Below, in pieces: positions 24,958-39,190 of a stretch of 64,000 nt of DNA (positions are counted from its first letter, which is position 1; each line of letters opens with the position of its first letter). The position numbers and the translations under genes are program-made. The stretch covers positions 186,001 through 250,000 of the forward strand of contig CDPCPM010000087.1 in assembly GCA_976551045.1 (NCBI GenBank). Direction: 5' to 3'. The notes beneath the pieces were generated by a model that did no database searches, was not told the DNA's origin, and worked only from the letters and a program-made list of their open reading frames with translations. The stretch is from Glaucostegus cemiculus. Its lineage: Eukaryota.

Positions 24958-26624
24958 CTGTGGGGACAAGATTCAATAGAATGACCATCAAAAATTAAAC
25001 CAATATTTGGCAATAAAATTGGACAGTGCTATATAAAGCAGATACAGCTGGTACAAAATACATGGCCTCCTATGCTATTGTAATGAAGCATGTAGGTAGC
25101 TTGAAGAATAGCCTTTCCTCTTTTGATTAGACACTTTACAATGCATTACTGAAAGACCGACTTCTCACGTGAACAGAGAGAACAGATCTACATGAACATG
25201 CATCTAAATGTACATGAAGATTTAGCCTTCCTCTAACATGGAGCAGACCTTTCTTTACTTCACCATTTTTCATCACTTAGTCAACTTGAAAGTTGAATAC
25301 TTATGCACTTGCAGCACCCTCTCGTTTTGTTTAGATTTCCACCATCTATATTTTTAGTTTTTACCATCATTCTATCCCTTGTCCCCAACTCAATGTTCTA
25401 AACCCTGGTCATGAGGGTACCACATTGCTCAATCCTCTCGATCATTCTTGCCTGTTTTGTTGCTTCTTCAATAAATTCAACAAGATTTGATGAGCACATC
25501 ACTCCCTTCAGAAAAACATGCTGACTATACAACACTTTCATTTTTAGATGTTTTCCTCTAAAAGTAGAATCCAATAAACATGGCTTCAATCCATTCAAAA
25601 CCAGGTTTCATCAACTCTATACTCGTCTACTTTATCAGTTTACTACACCACTTTCAAAACAGCTTCTCTGGTAACTTACAGAAATAATTGCCAAGCCCTG
25701 GCTTCAGATAGAACTGCAGCTCACCGCTGACAGGCCCACCCTTGGAACTGCGTGCCAAGGCTCACCAATCCCTGGCACTTCAGAGCACATGGGAGCATCT
25801 GAACACCACTGCACAGCTGCAATCAGGCACATTGGTCCACGAGTACAGGAAGCACAGATGTGCAGCCACTCCCTAAAGCCCATATTTTGCTGCAGTAAAT
25901 CTGCAGATAAGCTTGCAAATCTACAAATGGGTTTGTGAAACAGCCCAGGTGGGGCCCTGGCTACTACAAGTATTTATTTTACCTCAATATTTGCCGGAGG
26001 GAAAGCAGCAACATTCCACAGGAGTCTTTGACCTGGTCCCCAGCAACATGAACAAGGGTCCACACCATCTCGTACCATATCTCAAAATCAAACATGGACT
26101 CCAGCAGACCCCAACCTGAGCAAATGCCCACCCCCAGATGCCTTTTAGGTGGTGATGTGTTGCTTTCTTCAACAGCCTTCCCATACTTGGGTACTGAATT
26201 CAGGATTTAGAGCCAGCCATAACGAAGCAACGATACATTTCCACTTCAGTTTAGTGTGCTATTTGCAGGTGGGAGTGTTCCCTCTGCCCGAGTTTATAGG
26301 TGGCAAAAATTGTGGGCTTGGGGAGGTTCTGACAAGTAGCCTTGGCAAGATGCTTCAGTATATTTAAAGCTGAACCACATCACAGCCATGGTGCACTGGC
26401 AGTGTGTGCGTGCCAATAGAGCAGTCTGCTTCATTCTTATCCTCCTTTGGAAAAGCTGCACTCTAAAGTTTGAAGTCAGATAAATGCATCTGCACATATA
26501 ATGTAACAATTATATGCTGCTATTCTTTTCCAATTCCAACAAAATACCTAAATCTGTATATAAAGAATCACCGCCGATTAGTAACTGGGGGAGAAAAAAA
26601 AAAGTTAAGGCTTTGAAGATTTAC

Positions 26625-26765
26625 CTGACATTTTTCAGCATATACAGTACTTCCAAAGGCAAGTGTGAGCTGGCAACATCAAATTCAGTTAAATCAGCCT
26701 CAAGGACAGAGGGTGGGGGCTCCTTTGGCTGTAGGGTTGGAACTTCCTTATTAATGTGCAAGAAC
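26625..26765 (-). CDS. PNPLA6: PNPLA6 exon 6 ([47 protein letters not shown])
   Basis: tttccacag acceptor, AG|gtaaat donor, 141 nt, phase 2-2. Conserved KEPPPxxLEADL and [10 protein letters not shown] motifs. Confidence 0.96.
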
Positions 26766-27769
26766 CTGTGGAAATTACAGAAGTCCTTAAAGAAACTGAG
26801 AGATGCAATGCACAGAAAGATTTAGACTTAAAGGGGCAATTGTAGATGCAGGCAGACAACCTACTTAACAATGCATGTACATTACTTACATACAAAATAC
26901 AGTGGTATTAACCATACTAAACATTGTTCAATCATTCATAATTTCCATATCTACATTGACGCTAATTCTCTGAAGCAGGTACAAGTGCTTTTCTACAAAA
27001 ACAATGATATTCAGCGAGTCATTACAGGAACCGCTGGCACTGGAAGAAAGACTATCCAATATCCTAGCTCACGTGAAAGGCATCCTCCATAGACCGTCCC
27101 GGCACCAAAGGGAGGGTGGCAAGAGGGAATGGGGAAATCTCAGAGAAAGCTTCCAACCAATAAAACTGTCCTTGGTGCAGGGTTACCAGACAAGCAAATC
27201 ACTGCCAACTCACGTCAGGTATTATACTAAGCTCACTGATCTTCTGCCAATCAACAAGTAGAACCAGAGTCACGTGTGGCATACTGTGCTTTAATCAAAA
27301 TCCCTGATAGTCAGAATGCTGCGCGGTTACTTCTGGTCAATGCTAGATTATCACCAGCACCATTGAGCATCCCGAGCTCGGTGGTATTAACCCAACTGGA
27401 TTTAAGCGCAAGTAGCCCTTACACCTAAAGTGCTTCATGCAAAGTGACGAAAGGAAACAAAAGATGTGCTTGAGAAGACACAAGGTAGATACCTCCAAGG
27501 AACTAAGCACAATACTGTTATTTAATACTGTTCATGGGAAAGCATTTTAACATTACTGTAAGTATTTTGGAATTTAATTTAAAGGGAACTGATGTCTCTT
27601 TTAACAGTGTCAATATTACCATAGGAATCCTGTACATTTACTGTACTTTTGTAAATACAAGAACAATAGAGGCAGCAGCTCACTACAAATTGCAGTAAAA
27701 CAGAACTACTGTAAAACTTCACTAAGTCTCCTGAGCAATGGTCCTGGACCATTCACTTCCTCATCCCTT

Positions 27770-27982
27770 TTCAAGCAACTTCTGACAAAATCAACCGGAG
27801 GAACTCGGGGTGGGGGGGCAATGAATTGTCGGCTTAGGGTCAAACAAACACCATAGAATTTTGACCTGAACCACCAACAATTCCTTCCCTAGCCCTGCCA
27901 CAGATGCTGTTTGACCCAGAGTTCTTCCAGCTGATTGGTTGTTGCTCCAGATTCCAGCATCTGCAGTCTCTCGTGTCTCCTA
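27770..27982. mobile_element. Penelope-derived terminal fragments in inverted arrangement
   Basis: Right arm gctccagattccagcatctgcagtctctcgtgtctcc is the reverse complement of about 59108-59148. Confidence 0.6.
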
Positions 27983-29744
27983 TTCCTTTGACACCCACAA
28001 TGCAACAAACATATTTGTGAAGCAACAAACACAGTAAAACATACAGAATATAAATCAACCAAAGCAGCAGGTGAACTTATAAAATTAATGATTGTATAAA
28101 ATTATGATCACACTTATTTGAAGCTGGCTAAAATTAAGACAATGCATTTCCTAAATTGAAGTGAGATCCTAACTGGCGTTCCAAAATTTCTTATCCTATG
28201 CCTCTAACACAGAAGGCTGCCATATGGCCCACTGGGTCCATGCCGGTTCCAGAGGCGGCAATCCTCTGCCCAGAAGAATTTGAGCTAATTCCTGCCCAGC
28301 AACACAAAGTGGCTATGGTTACAACACAGCTCATTCACAACTGGGTGCCAAAGAGTTGGTTCCTTGATGAAAAAGCTAAAGGTCTGAAAATCTCTTCCGT
28401 TGCACACTGGTGCTGAAGAATCTCAACAACCAAGTCTTCTCTAGTTCTAATGTGATCTAATGAGCACACACCTCAAAAGGAGGAAACTTCAGCAGAACTT
28501 TTTCCACACCAATGTAATACGGGTTATCACTGGCGTTGGAAAACTGGGTGCCTGCTACATGCAACAACTATTTTATGTTATTCCTTCAAAAGGAGGACAC
28601 CCCCATCTAATGCAGGCTGAACAAAGAAAAGCCAAGCTAAAAGATGCTGCAAGGCAGTTTTGATGAATGTGGTGTAGCTTTTTCAGAACATGGAATTGAA
28701 TACTTGAAGGTATACTCATTGATAAACCAGAGGGAATGAGTGAGTGAGTCACCAGAAGACAGTGAGGAATGGAGAATGCTGTCATGCGAGAGGTAGGTGG
28801 AGAGATGAACAGCACTTAAGATATTTAGATACATATCTGAGAATTTTAAATGTAGGACATTGGGTAACCAGAAGCCAACAAGGGCAAGACTTAGTGTAGG
28901 GTAGGACACAGAAATGGAGGCCACCCTTCATTGTTTTTTTGTTACAAATAGTGAAGATGAAGTTGCAGATGCTCAGAATCAGGAGTGAAGCCTGTTGATG
29001 TCAGAGTTTCATGTATTTCTGATAGAGAAGACAAGCAGTTAATAACTCAAATGGGATGTGAAGAATCCAGTTCAGTCACTTAGGGTGGTTCTGGAATTTC
29101 CCACGAGGGTAAAGATTTACAAGTTTGCAAAATTTCACCTGCAGGACAATGTCTCATTCAAAATTAAATATCAGACAAGCAGTGCAATCATACAGGGATG
29201 GTAAAGGGTTGATGAGAGCGGTCATCAGTGGACAGTAGCAAATGACCCATATATGAAGCTTGTAATCTAAAGGTAACAGTGAAAGGCTGGAAGAAAGGGC
29301 ATTTTCCTCAGATACTCAAATTAAGGGGGAAAACAAGTGTGCAATTGGCTGCATGACCCTTATCACCATGGCCTGGATGGAGTAATGGAAGAGATAGACA
29401 GGTGGGAGAGTGAAATGCCCTTATCTAGTGGCCAGGTTTTACTCAAACCCAGGGCATCACATACAAAACTGGAAATTAGTGCCTGGATTGTGTTTCCCGG
29501 CGGCAATGCGGAGGAGGGCACCAACAGCTGAACTGAGACAGAAGACGGGAAGAGTTGGCTGGGAAGCAGCTCAGAGATGTCAACCACCACAGACATAACA
29601 GATGGGAAGGTCAGCAACTGAGGACACGGAGTTGTGCTGCACCTCAGAAGACAGTGGCAAATACCATCATATGCCTCTGAATAATGTCAGAAGATGTTGA
29701 CATACATGTCCTTACAGTTGGCATAGTCGAGTGACTAACCCTCA

Positions 29745-30725
29745 GTACTAATCAATAAGCTTCAAAACCAGGGCCTCTGTACCTCCCTCTGCACCTGGAT
29801 CCTCAACTTCCTTATTGGGAGACCAGTCAGTGCAGATCAGTAATAACATCTCCTCCTTGCTGACAATCACAGGTGCATTGCAGGGATGTGTGCTTACCCA
29901 CTGCTCTACCCTCTCTGCACTCATGACTGTGTGGCTCGGCAGAGCTCCAACACCATCTATCAATTTGCCAATGACACCACTGTTGTTCGCAGAGTCTCAG
30001 GTGGTGGTGAGGGGTACAGGAGTGAGAGATCAGCTGGTTGAGTGGTGTCACAACAACAACCTTGCACTCAACATCAGCACCACCAAGGAATCTGGACTTC
30101 AGGAAGGGAGTTGGGAGAACACACACCAACCTTCATTGAGGAGTCAGGGGTGGGAAGGGTGAGCAGCTTCATGTTCCTGGGTATCAACATCTCGGAGGAT
30201 CTATCTTGGGCCCAGTACATTGATGCAATTACAAAGAAGGCACGCCAGTGGCTATACTTCATTAGGAGTTTGACGAGATTTGGTATATCACCAAAGACTT
30301 TTGCAGATTTCTACAGATGCACAGCGGAGACCATCCTGGTATGGCGGCTTCAATCTGCATTGACAGAGGCTGCTGAGAATTGTAGACTCAGCCTGCTCCA
30401 TCACAGGCACAACCCTCCCGCCATCGGGGACATCAAGGTGGCAGCATCTATCCTTAAGGACCCTCACCACCTGGGACACGCCCTCTTCACGTTACTACCA
30501 TCGAGGTGGTGGTACAGGAGCCTGAATACCCACACTCAATGTTGCAGGAACAGCTTCTTCCCCTCTGCTATCATATTTCTGAATGGTCCATGAACCCAAC
30601 CTCAGTATTACTCTTTTGCACTACCTATTTTTGTAACTTACAGTAATTTTTTATGTCTTTATGCCTTGCACTATACTGCTGTCACAAAACAACAAATGTC
30701 ACAAGACATAAACCTGATTCTGACT
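29745..30725 (+). mobile_element. Rex1/Babar RT 3' region
   Basis: FLGINISEDLSWAQYIDAITKKARQWLYFIR...NSFFPSAI and aaacctgattctga tail. Confidence 0.9.
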
Positions 30726-30779
30726 GGGGTAGGAACCCTCAGAAAACTTACAGTGCAGGAGGCAAACATTTTGCCCATC

Positions 30780-31200
30780 ACCGCCGAAGCTACCCAACTC
30801 TATTCCATCTTCCGGTGCCTGGTCCACAGTCGTGCAGGTCATGACTCTTCAAGTACGCATCTAAGTACTTTTTAAATACGAGGAGGGTTTCTGCCTTGAC
30901 CACTTTAGGCAGCAAGTTCCAGTTTTCCATTATTTTCTGAGAAAATCTCATTTCCCCTCTAATCCTTCTAAACAAAAATACTTTGATCTCTTTCCTCTGT
31001 CGTGACCTCTTTACCAAGGAAAACATTATTTTTACTTACTCTATTTAGCCCCCTCATAATTTTATACACCTCATTCAATTCTCTCCTCAGCATCCTCTGT
31101 TCCAAAGAAAACAATCCTAGCTTATCCCACCCCCACCTTTCCTCATATTAAAATGTTCTGCTCCTGACAACACTTTCAAATCTCTGTGGCATCCTTTTAA
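30780..31200 (-). mobile_element. CR1 3' fragment
   Basis: WNLLPKVVKAETLLVFKKYLDAYL. Confidence 0.75.
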
Positions 31201-31631
31201 GTGTAATGAGGCTTCAAGAGGGAAGGAGGAGAGGTAGAAGTGGATTAGGTTGGAGCAGCAGCCTCAGGAACATCAACACTTTAGGGGTAAAAGGTCAAAT
31301 GATTGATTCAACTACTAGCCCAGTCTTTAGTTAATTTTATCTCAACATATGGACAATGCTGGTAAGGAAACATGTACTACGCATGTTACTTGACATTAGA
31401 GAACCAATTAGGTTTTTGAGATGAACACGAAGCTTCTTATTCTTTTTTGCTATTCAATCACGTGAACAGGTTTCTTGAATTTAGCTTCACAACTTGTCCT
31501 GCTGTGTCACAATTCTGTGAAATGTTGTAACTCAGTCATTATAATGCCTTTAATGCACAGTTACTGAGCAATGTTACCCCTTCCTTGGTATCAGCATTCC
31601 ACATACTGTCAGTATAGATTTGAGGCTGTAC

Positions 31632-31717
31632 CGTTTTGCAATGATCAGCATTTTTTGTTTCCTTTTTGCTCTTGGTCTTATCGAAGTTCCAACAAAGGAA
31701 GATGTGGATTGGGACAC
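31632..31717 (-). CDS. PNPLA6: PNPLA6 exon 5 (VSQSTSSFVGTSIRPRAKRKQKMLIIAKR)
   Basis: tttgtctag acceptor, gtacag donor, 86 nt, phase 0-2. VSQSTSS is PNPLA6-type (PNPLA7 has VTTLP here). Confidence 0.94.
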
Positions 31718-32869
31718 CTAGACAAAGACGACCAGAAGGCAAACTTTAATGCATCACAGATTATATTGATAGAGTGAAACTACATCCAAACGCTAAGTAT
31801 TCACACATTTTAAAACCTGAGCAGCCAATCTTCAGGTTTAATGGATTTTAGGAACAGGTGAAAAGGCAACCATTTTACTATAACCAAGCAAAGAACAGTA
31901 CTCTGCTATTGTATGACAATACTATTATGGCTCTCTTTGGCAAGGTCAACTTAAAAACAAAATCTTGCAACGTAGTTCAATACAGTAGAGGATGAGCTTT
32001 CCAAGTAATGGTTGACTGAACACAATGGTCCAGATTCTGCGACTGCAGTAACAGGAAAACTGCCAGCTTATTACAGTGCAAAAGTGATTGGAACTTCTGG
32101 AGTGTGCACATGTCCAGGGAAATGCAACAAGCTTCAAGCTGCTGTCAATGATTCTGTGCTCCTCCATTGGGTGTGCCGTCTGTAATCTCTACTAACAAAA
32201 CCTTCAGCAATCAGTGAACTAATGAGAACTTACACCGACTTGTACAGAATTTTTACCATTGAAAATACAAGGCCCTTAAAATGCCAAGTTTCGGGTCAGG
32301 AGGTACACATCTTTAATGGTGTACTAAACCATAACTACTATGTAACAACCTCTCTTACTATAAATCTCACATTGTATTGTACAGATTGTAGTAATGTCAG
32401 GTAAACATTTCAAAATACTGATTTAAACAAAAACTTTATTATGCTTCACCTTCTACTTTATAGAATGTAACAATTTTAACTAAAAATCTCATTAAAATGT
32501 GGCTTTCACTGTCTAATTTGCTGTTTATGAGAATTCTTCATGGTCACAGCATCTAACCTTGCTCAATGACACCCCTGTTACTGAGTATCATGACTCCATA
32601 GAGCTGACACCTGGTAACAGAAGACACTCAGAAAGGAGGTAGCCATGTCACTGAGAATGCTGGACGATTGTGGGCAACTTTCTGCTGACTGCAAAATCTT
32701 GACTTACAAAGTAGAATAATAGTAACAGTTAGATTCTAAATGAAATGCTTATTCTTAAGGCACTGAACAAATGAAGGAGCCTGATAGGAATTTGATGCAT
32801 TTCAAGATTTTAAAAACAAAATTTTGGACATAATTTTACATCACTCAGTTTACCCAGCAAGCCTCTGGT

Positions 32870-33390
32870 CCATAAAGTACACGTGGCTTCAAGTGCCCAG
32901 GACCACAAGCAGCTGTAGAGAGCTGTGGACACAGCCCAGCATCATGGACACCAGCCTCCCCTCCTTGGACTCTGTCTTTACCTTTTGTTGTCTTGGTGAA
33001 GCAGCTGACATAATCAAAGACCCCACCCACCCGGGACATTCTCTCTTCTTCCATCGGGTAGAAGATGCAGGTGCCTGAGGGCACGTACCACCAGACTCAA
33101 GGACAGCTTCTACCCCACTGTGATAAGACTATTGAACGATTCCCTTATACAATGAGATGTACTATGACCTCACGATCTACCTTGTTGTGACCTTGCACAT
33201 TATTGCACTGCCCTTTCTCTGTAGCTGTGACACTTTACTCTGTACTGTTATTGCTTTTACCTGTACTACATCAATGCACTTAATACTAATCCAATGTAAC
33301 TGCACTGTGTAATGAATTGACCTGTATGATCAGTTTGTAAGACAAGCTTTTCACTGTACCTCAGTATAAGTGACAATAAACCAATACCAG
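32870..33390 (+). mobile_element. Rex1/Babar 3' end
   Basis: IIKDPTHPGHSLF, TTRLKDSFYPTVIRLLN and full UTR. Confidence 0.88.
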
Positions 33391-34149
33391 AACTGCACAC
33401 AATACTCCAAATTTGACCTCACCAATGTTTTATACAACTCACCATAACGTCCCAACTCCTATACTCAATACTTTGATTTATGAATCACAAGCATGAATAA
33501 AACAAGCATCTCTGTCAGGAAACTATTTCCTGGCTTCCCACATGGTCCTAGGATACATCTGGTCAGGCCCTAGGGATTTATCCACCTTTTGTGCTTCAAG
33601 ACCACCAGTACCTCCTCTTTTGTGATGTTACGTTTCAGGGCACCGCTGTTCTGTTTCCTGAGTTCCCTAGTTGCCATGACCTCTCCACGGTAAAAACAGA
33701 TGAGAAGTATTTATTTAAGATCTCTTCCATCTCCCCTGCATCTACACAGAGGACCACACAGATCCTTGAGAGGACCTATTCTCACCCTTTTTTCTCTTTT
33801 GCTATTATACCTGTTGAATCTTTTAGAATTCTTCTTTACCTTCATCTGCCAAGGATATTCCCCCCATCGATTTCCTCCTTGAGTGTACTCCTGCATCCTT
33901 GGTACTCAAGAGATTTACCTGTTCCCAGCACCCTATACCTGACACCTGCCTCCTTTTTCCTGACCAAAGCTTCAATAACCCTCATCAACTAGAGTTCCCT
34001 AGCCCTGCCAGCCTTGCCCTTCACTCTTAACAGGAACCTGCTCATCAGCCAGGGTATCAGAGCTGAGCCTGGTCCTATGTACACTACAGAACAGTGCTAA
34101 TTGACACCACTGTCACCCTCCCCTAACCTAACTAAATTAAGCCAGATGG

Positions 34150-34445
34150 TACTTAATGGTAATGGTTTATTATTGTCACTTGTACTGAGATACAGTGAAA
34201 AGTTTGTCTTACAAACTGATCGTACAGGTCAATTTATTACACAGTGCAGTTACATTGAGTTGGTACAGAGTGCATTGAGGTAGTACAGCTAAAAACAGTA
34301 ACAGTACAGAGTAAAGTGTCACAGCTACAGAGAAAGTGCAGTGCAATAAGGTGCAAGGTCACAACAAGGTAGATGGTGAGGTCATAGTCCATCTCACTGA
34401 ATAAGAGAACCGTTCAATAGTCTAATCACAGTGGGCAGAAGCTGA
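34150..34445 (-). mobile_element. Rex1/Babar 3' UTR, inverted relative to the 33.1-kb copy
   Basis: Reverse complement of about 33105-33385. Confidence 0.85.
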
Positions 34446-37400
34446 TCACCTAACTATAGGAAAGATATCAGTAAGACTGAAAAAGTGCAGAGAAGATTTA
34501 CTAGAATGTTGCTGGGTCTTCAGGAGTTGAGTTACAGGGAAAGATTGAACAGGTTAGGACTTTATTCCTTGGAGCACAGAAGAATCAGGGGAGATTTGAT
34601 AGTTTACAAAATTATGAGGGGTATAGACAGTAAATGTGAGTAGGTTCTTTCCACCTAGATAAGGAGAGATAAGTATGAGAGGACATGGCTTTGGGGTGAA
34701 AGGAGAAAAATTTAGGGAAAAATTAGGGGCAACTTCTTCACTCAGAGTGGTGGGAGTGTGGAACGAGCTGCTATCTGACGTGGTAAATGCGGGCTCACTC
34801 TTAAGTTTTAAGAATAAGTTGGATAGATACATGGACTGGAGAGGTCTGGTGGGTTATGAACTGGGTGCAGGTCAATGGGACTAGTGGAATAAAGTTTCAG
34901 CAGAGACTAGAAGGGCCGAATGGCCTGTTTTCTGTGCTGTAGTGTTCTATGGTTATCATTAACCATGGGTGAGGTACTGGAAGATGGCAAATGTTGTGCC
35001 TTTAAGGGTTACAAAGACAAGCAAGGGAGACTGGATCTACCTGCATTTTGAAATGCAAATACTTATCAGGGTTAGTCAGCATAGCTTCGTGCGTGGGAAA
35101 TCTCTCATGAATTTAATTGAGTACTTTTGAAGAGGTGACCAAAAGGATTAATGACGGCAGGATAGTACATGTTGTCTATATGGACTTTAGCAAGGCTTTT
35201 GACAAGTCCTACATGTTAGGCTAGTCCAGAAAGTTAGATCATATGGGATCCAGGGCAAGACAACCACGTGGATACAAAATTGGTTTGGTGGTAGGAGAGA
35301 GGGTGGCTTTTCAGATTGGAGGCCTGTGACCAGTGGTGTGCCTCGGGAATGAGTGCTGGATCCCTGGTTGTTTGTCACATAAATACCAACAATTTGGTTG
35401 AGAAGGTAGGTGGCATACATAGAACAGCACAGGGACAGGTCCTTCGGCTCAATGCCTGTGCCCACTATGCCCATCTGCCTGCATGTGGTCCATATCCCTG
35501 TCACCTGCCTGGCCAAGTGCCTCTTCAATGTTATTACTATACCTGCTTCCACCACTTCCCTTGGCAGTACGCTCCAGGCACGTACCACTGGGTTTAAAAA
35601 AAATCTTGCCTTGTAAATCTCCTATAAACTTTTCCCCCTCTCACCTTAAATTGATACCCTCCAGTACATGACATTTCCACTCTGGGGAAAAAGACATCCA
35701 TGTCTTTCTATGTATCTGATAATTTTATACACTCCTGGGAAATATCAGGTTGCCCCTCAGCCTCCAAGCTCCAGAGAAAACAATTTGAGTTTGTCCACTC
35801 TCTCCTTGTAGCTGATATTCTCTAATCCAGGCAACATCCTGGTGAACCCTTTTTGCACCCTCTCCAAAGTCTCCACATCCTTTCTGCAATGTGGTAATCA
35901 CAAATGCACACTATACTCCACACATGGCCTAACCAAAGTTTTATATAATTGCAACACGACTTCTCAACTTTTACATTCAATACCCCAACTGATAAAGGCA
36001 AGCATGCGGTACGCTTTGTTTACCACCCTGTCTACTTGGGGTGCAAGTCCATAGCTCCCTGAAAATAGCAGCACAAGATCCCACAGTACACCAATGCTCC
36101 CAATGGTCCTGCCATTTACCTGCTACATCTGACCTCTTAAAGTTCACCTCACACTTTTCCAGATTAAACTCCATCTACCATTTTCCACCTATATTTCCAA
36201 CTGGTCCATATCCTGCTGAATCCTTTTGACAACCTTCCTCACTATCCACAATTCTGCCAATTTCTGCATTGTTTGCAAACTTATGAATAAGCCCACTTTC
36301 ATTTTCACAGAATCATAGAACAGTACAGCACAATACAGGCCCTTCAGCCCACAATGTTCTGCCAACCTTTAAACCTCACCTAAGACTATCTAACCCCTTC
36401 CTCTCACAAATCCCCATTTTAAATTCCTCCAACCTCTTGAATTTGACCAATGTACCTGCCTCCATCACCACCCCAAGCAGCGCATTCCATGCCCCAACCA
36501 CTCTCTGGGTGAAAAACCTCCCTCTGATATCCCCCTTGAACTTCCCACCCATTACTTTAAAGCCATGCCCTCTTGTATTGAGCATCAGTGCCCTGGTAAA
36601 GAGACGCTGGCTGTCTATCTATTCCTCTTAATATTTTGTACACCTCTATCATGTCTCCCCTCATCCTCCTTCTCTCCAAAGAATAAAGCCCTAGCTCCCT
36701 TAGTCTCTTCTCATAATCCATACTCTCTAAACCAGACAGCATCCTGGTAAATCTCCTCTGCACCCTTTCCAACATCCTTCCTATAATGAGGCGACCAGAA
36801 CTGGACACGGTACTCAGAAATGTGGTCTAACCAGAGTTTTGTAGAGCTGCATCATTACCTCTCAGCTCTTACTCAATCCCACAACTTCTGAAAGCTAACA
36901 TCCCATAAGCTTCCTTATCCACCTGAGGCAACTTTCAGGGATCTGTGGATATGAACCCCCCGATCCCTCTGCTCCTCCACACTACCCAGAATCCTGCCAT
37001 TAACTTTGTACTCTGCCTTGGAGTTTGTCCTTCCAAAGTGTACCACCTCACACTTCTCTGGATTGAACTCCATCTGCCACTTCTCAGCACAGCTCTTCAT
37101 CCTATCAATGTCCCTCTGCAATCGTCGACAGTCCTCTACACTATCCACAACACCACCAACCTTTGTCGTCTGCGAACTTGCCAACCCACCCTTCTACCCC
37201 CTCATCCAAGTCATTAATAAAAAATCACGAAAAGAAGAGGTCGCAGAACCGATCTTGTGGGACACTGCTAGTCATAGCCCTCCAGTCTGAATGCACTCCC
37301 TCCACCACAACCCTCTGCTTTCTACAGGCAAGCCAATTCTGAATCCACATGGCCAAGCCTCCCTGGATCCCATGCCGTCTGACCTTCTGAAGAAGACTAC

Positions 37401-37975
37401 CATGTGGAACCTTGTCAAATGCCTTACTAAAATCCATGTAGACCACATCTACTGCACCACCCTCATCAATACGTCTGGTCACCTCCTCAAAGAACCCTAT
37501 CATGTTTGTGAGACATGATCTGCCCTTCACAAAGCCATGCTGGCTGTCCCTGAACAGACCATGATTCTCTAAGTGCCCACAGATCCTATCTCTTAGTATC
37601 CTTTCCAACAGCTTACCCACCACAGACGTAAGGCTCATTGGTCTATACCTCCCTGTACAATCCCTACTTCCTCTTTTGAATAAGGGGCCAACACTTGCCA
37701 CCCTCTAATCCTCTGGTACCATTCCCATGGACAACAGAAATTATTTCATTCAAATCATTTATGTACATCACAGAGGTTCTAGGACTATGCCCGAGAAACA
37801 ATGGTCATAGACCTCTAGTCAGAACAACACCCCTCCACCACCACCCTCTGTCTTCTATGGCTAAGTCAAATACGAATCTAATATACAAAGTGTGTGTGGA
37901 TCCCATGTGCCTTCATCTTCTAGATCAGCCCATCCTGAGGGACCTTGCGGAATGCTTTACTGAAGTCCTTGCACA
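34445..37975. mobile_element. Cluster of nested CR1 fragments (34445-35415 plus; 35416-36305 minus; 36308-37732 minus, young; 37790-37975 minus)
   Basis: YRPMSLTSVVGKLLERIL...SQHGFVKGRSCLTN...YMDFSKAFDKVPH and several CR1 tails. Confidence 0.9.
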
Positions 37976-38437
37976 TCCTCATCATCACCAACTGAAATTA
38001 ATGCTGAACTTGGAGGCAAATCTTGCAGCAGATACCAGTTGCCATGGCAGGGTCCAGTGCAGCCATTCAACTAGGCAAAAGCAAAGCAGCAGGAGAGTCC
38101 ATGCTGCGCTGAAGCTGGGTACAGGCATAAAAACGACGTGTGGGCAGCTCGACACAGAAGCCCAAATCGCTCCAAGCCCCATGATTGGCCTCTATTGAAA
38201 CAGAGGCAGCTTCAGCAAACCCTTCGAGTGTAAATAGGATGGCTAAGTTAATTTAACCACCGATATTTACAGTGCAGGAGAGGCCATTCAGCTCAGACAA
38301 GTTTTTAAGAATCATCTCAGCTCCAGTCACTCTTACCTTGGTTGATCCTGAACATTGGGGATAAATAATATCTGACAGATTCACTCACTGATAGACTATG
38401 GATTAACCATGTCCTTAATTAAACCATGCCTTCATAC

Positions 38438-38520
38438 CTTTCTCATGATCTTGCGGCCGTAGAACATTACTTTGTCACGTTTTCGGAATCTGTATTTGGG
38501 AGTTTCCTGAGCTTGAATTT
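38438..38520 (-). CDS. PNPLA6: PNPLA6 exon 4 ([28 protein letters not shown])
   Basis: tgtttag acceptor, AAG|gtatga donor, 83 nt, phase 1-0. Contains the NTE-family motif [19 protein letters not shown]. Confidence 0.96.
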
Positions 38521-39009
38521 CTAAACAGTAGCAACAAAGACACAAGAACAATTAATTGCTGGCACAAATTACAAAATGAAACTAGTTCTTCCAAGAAGAA
38601 CAATGATTTACATCTCCCATAGAGAATATCCATTAGGGATATGGTAGCAGTTCTCCTAGTTTGATGTATGCTCAATAATTAATCAATACTTCAGGTGATC
38701 TCTGAACCAGGACTACTTCATACACTGATTTTTTTTTTTAAGTAGAGAGTCAACCCTGCAACCAATATTTCTGCAAAGTGGTTTACCATCATGAGACAGA
38801 CTTGGTTAGCCAAGTTCAATGAACCTTGGCAAATGAACTTGATCCTAAAAATTTCTTCTGTGGTTTTACATGTTCCACAATGGCAGAACATGAATTTCCA
38901 GAGTCTGCAGTGAATTTGTAGGACTCTGCTGAAGTAAAAATAATAGATGGTCAAAACAAACACAGGTATTAGGTTAATTTGAATTCATGTAGTATCACAT
39001 TGGACCTCT

Positions 39010-39190
39010 GAAATGTCCCAAAGCAGTTCATGTGCAATTAGTTATCTCATTCATAAATTAAGGAGACTAGTGTGGCAGCCATTTTCAAACATTTGTGGGA
39101 CTTTTAACATCCTTCTGAAGAGATTGGAGGGGGGGTGGGTGGTGGTATCAATTCAGCACCTCATCTGAAGGACAGAAAGTGTAATAAAAA
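39010..39190 (-). mobile_element. Old DeuSINE-like remnant
   Basis: gtcccaaagc...gtggcagcca...tgggacttttaacatcc...cctcatctgaaggac. Confidence 0.45.

Noticed and set aside
28600-29330. Possible very old L2-like fragments (also 61380-61650)
   Set aside because: Too diverged to delimit or classify by eye.
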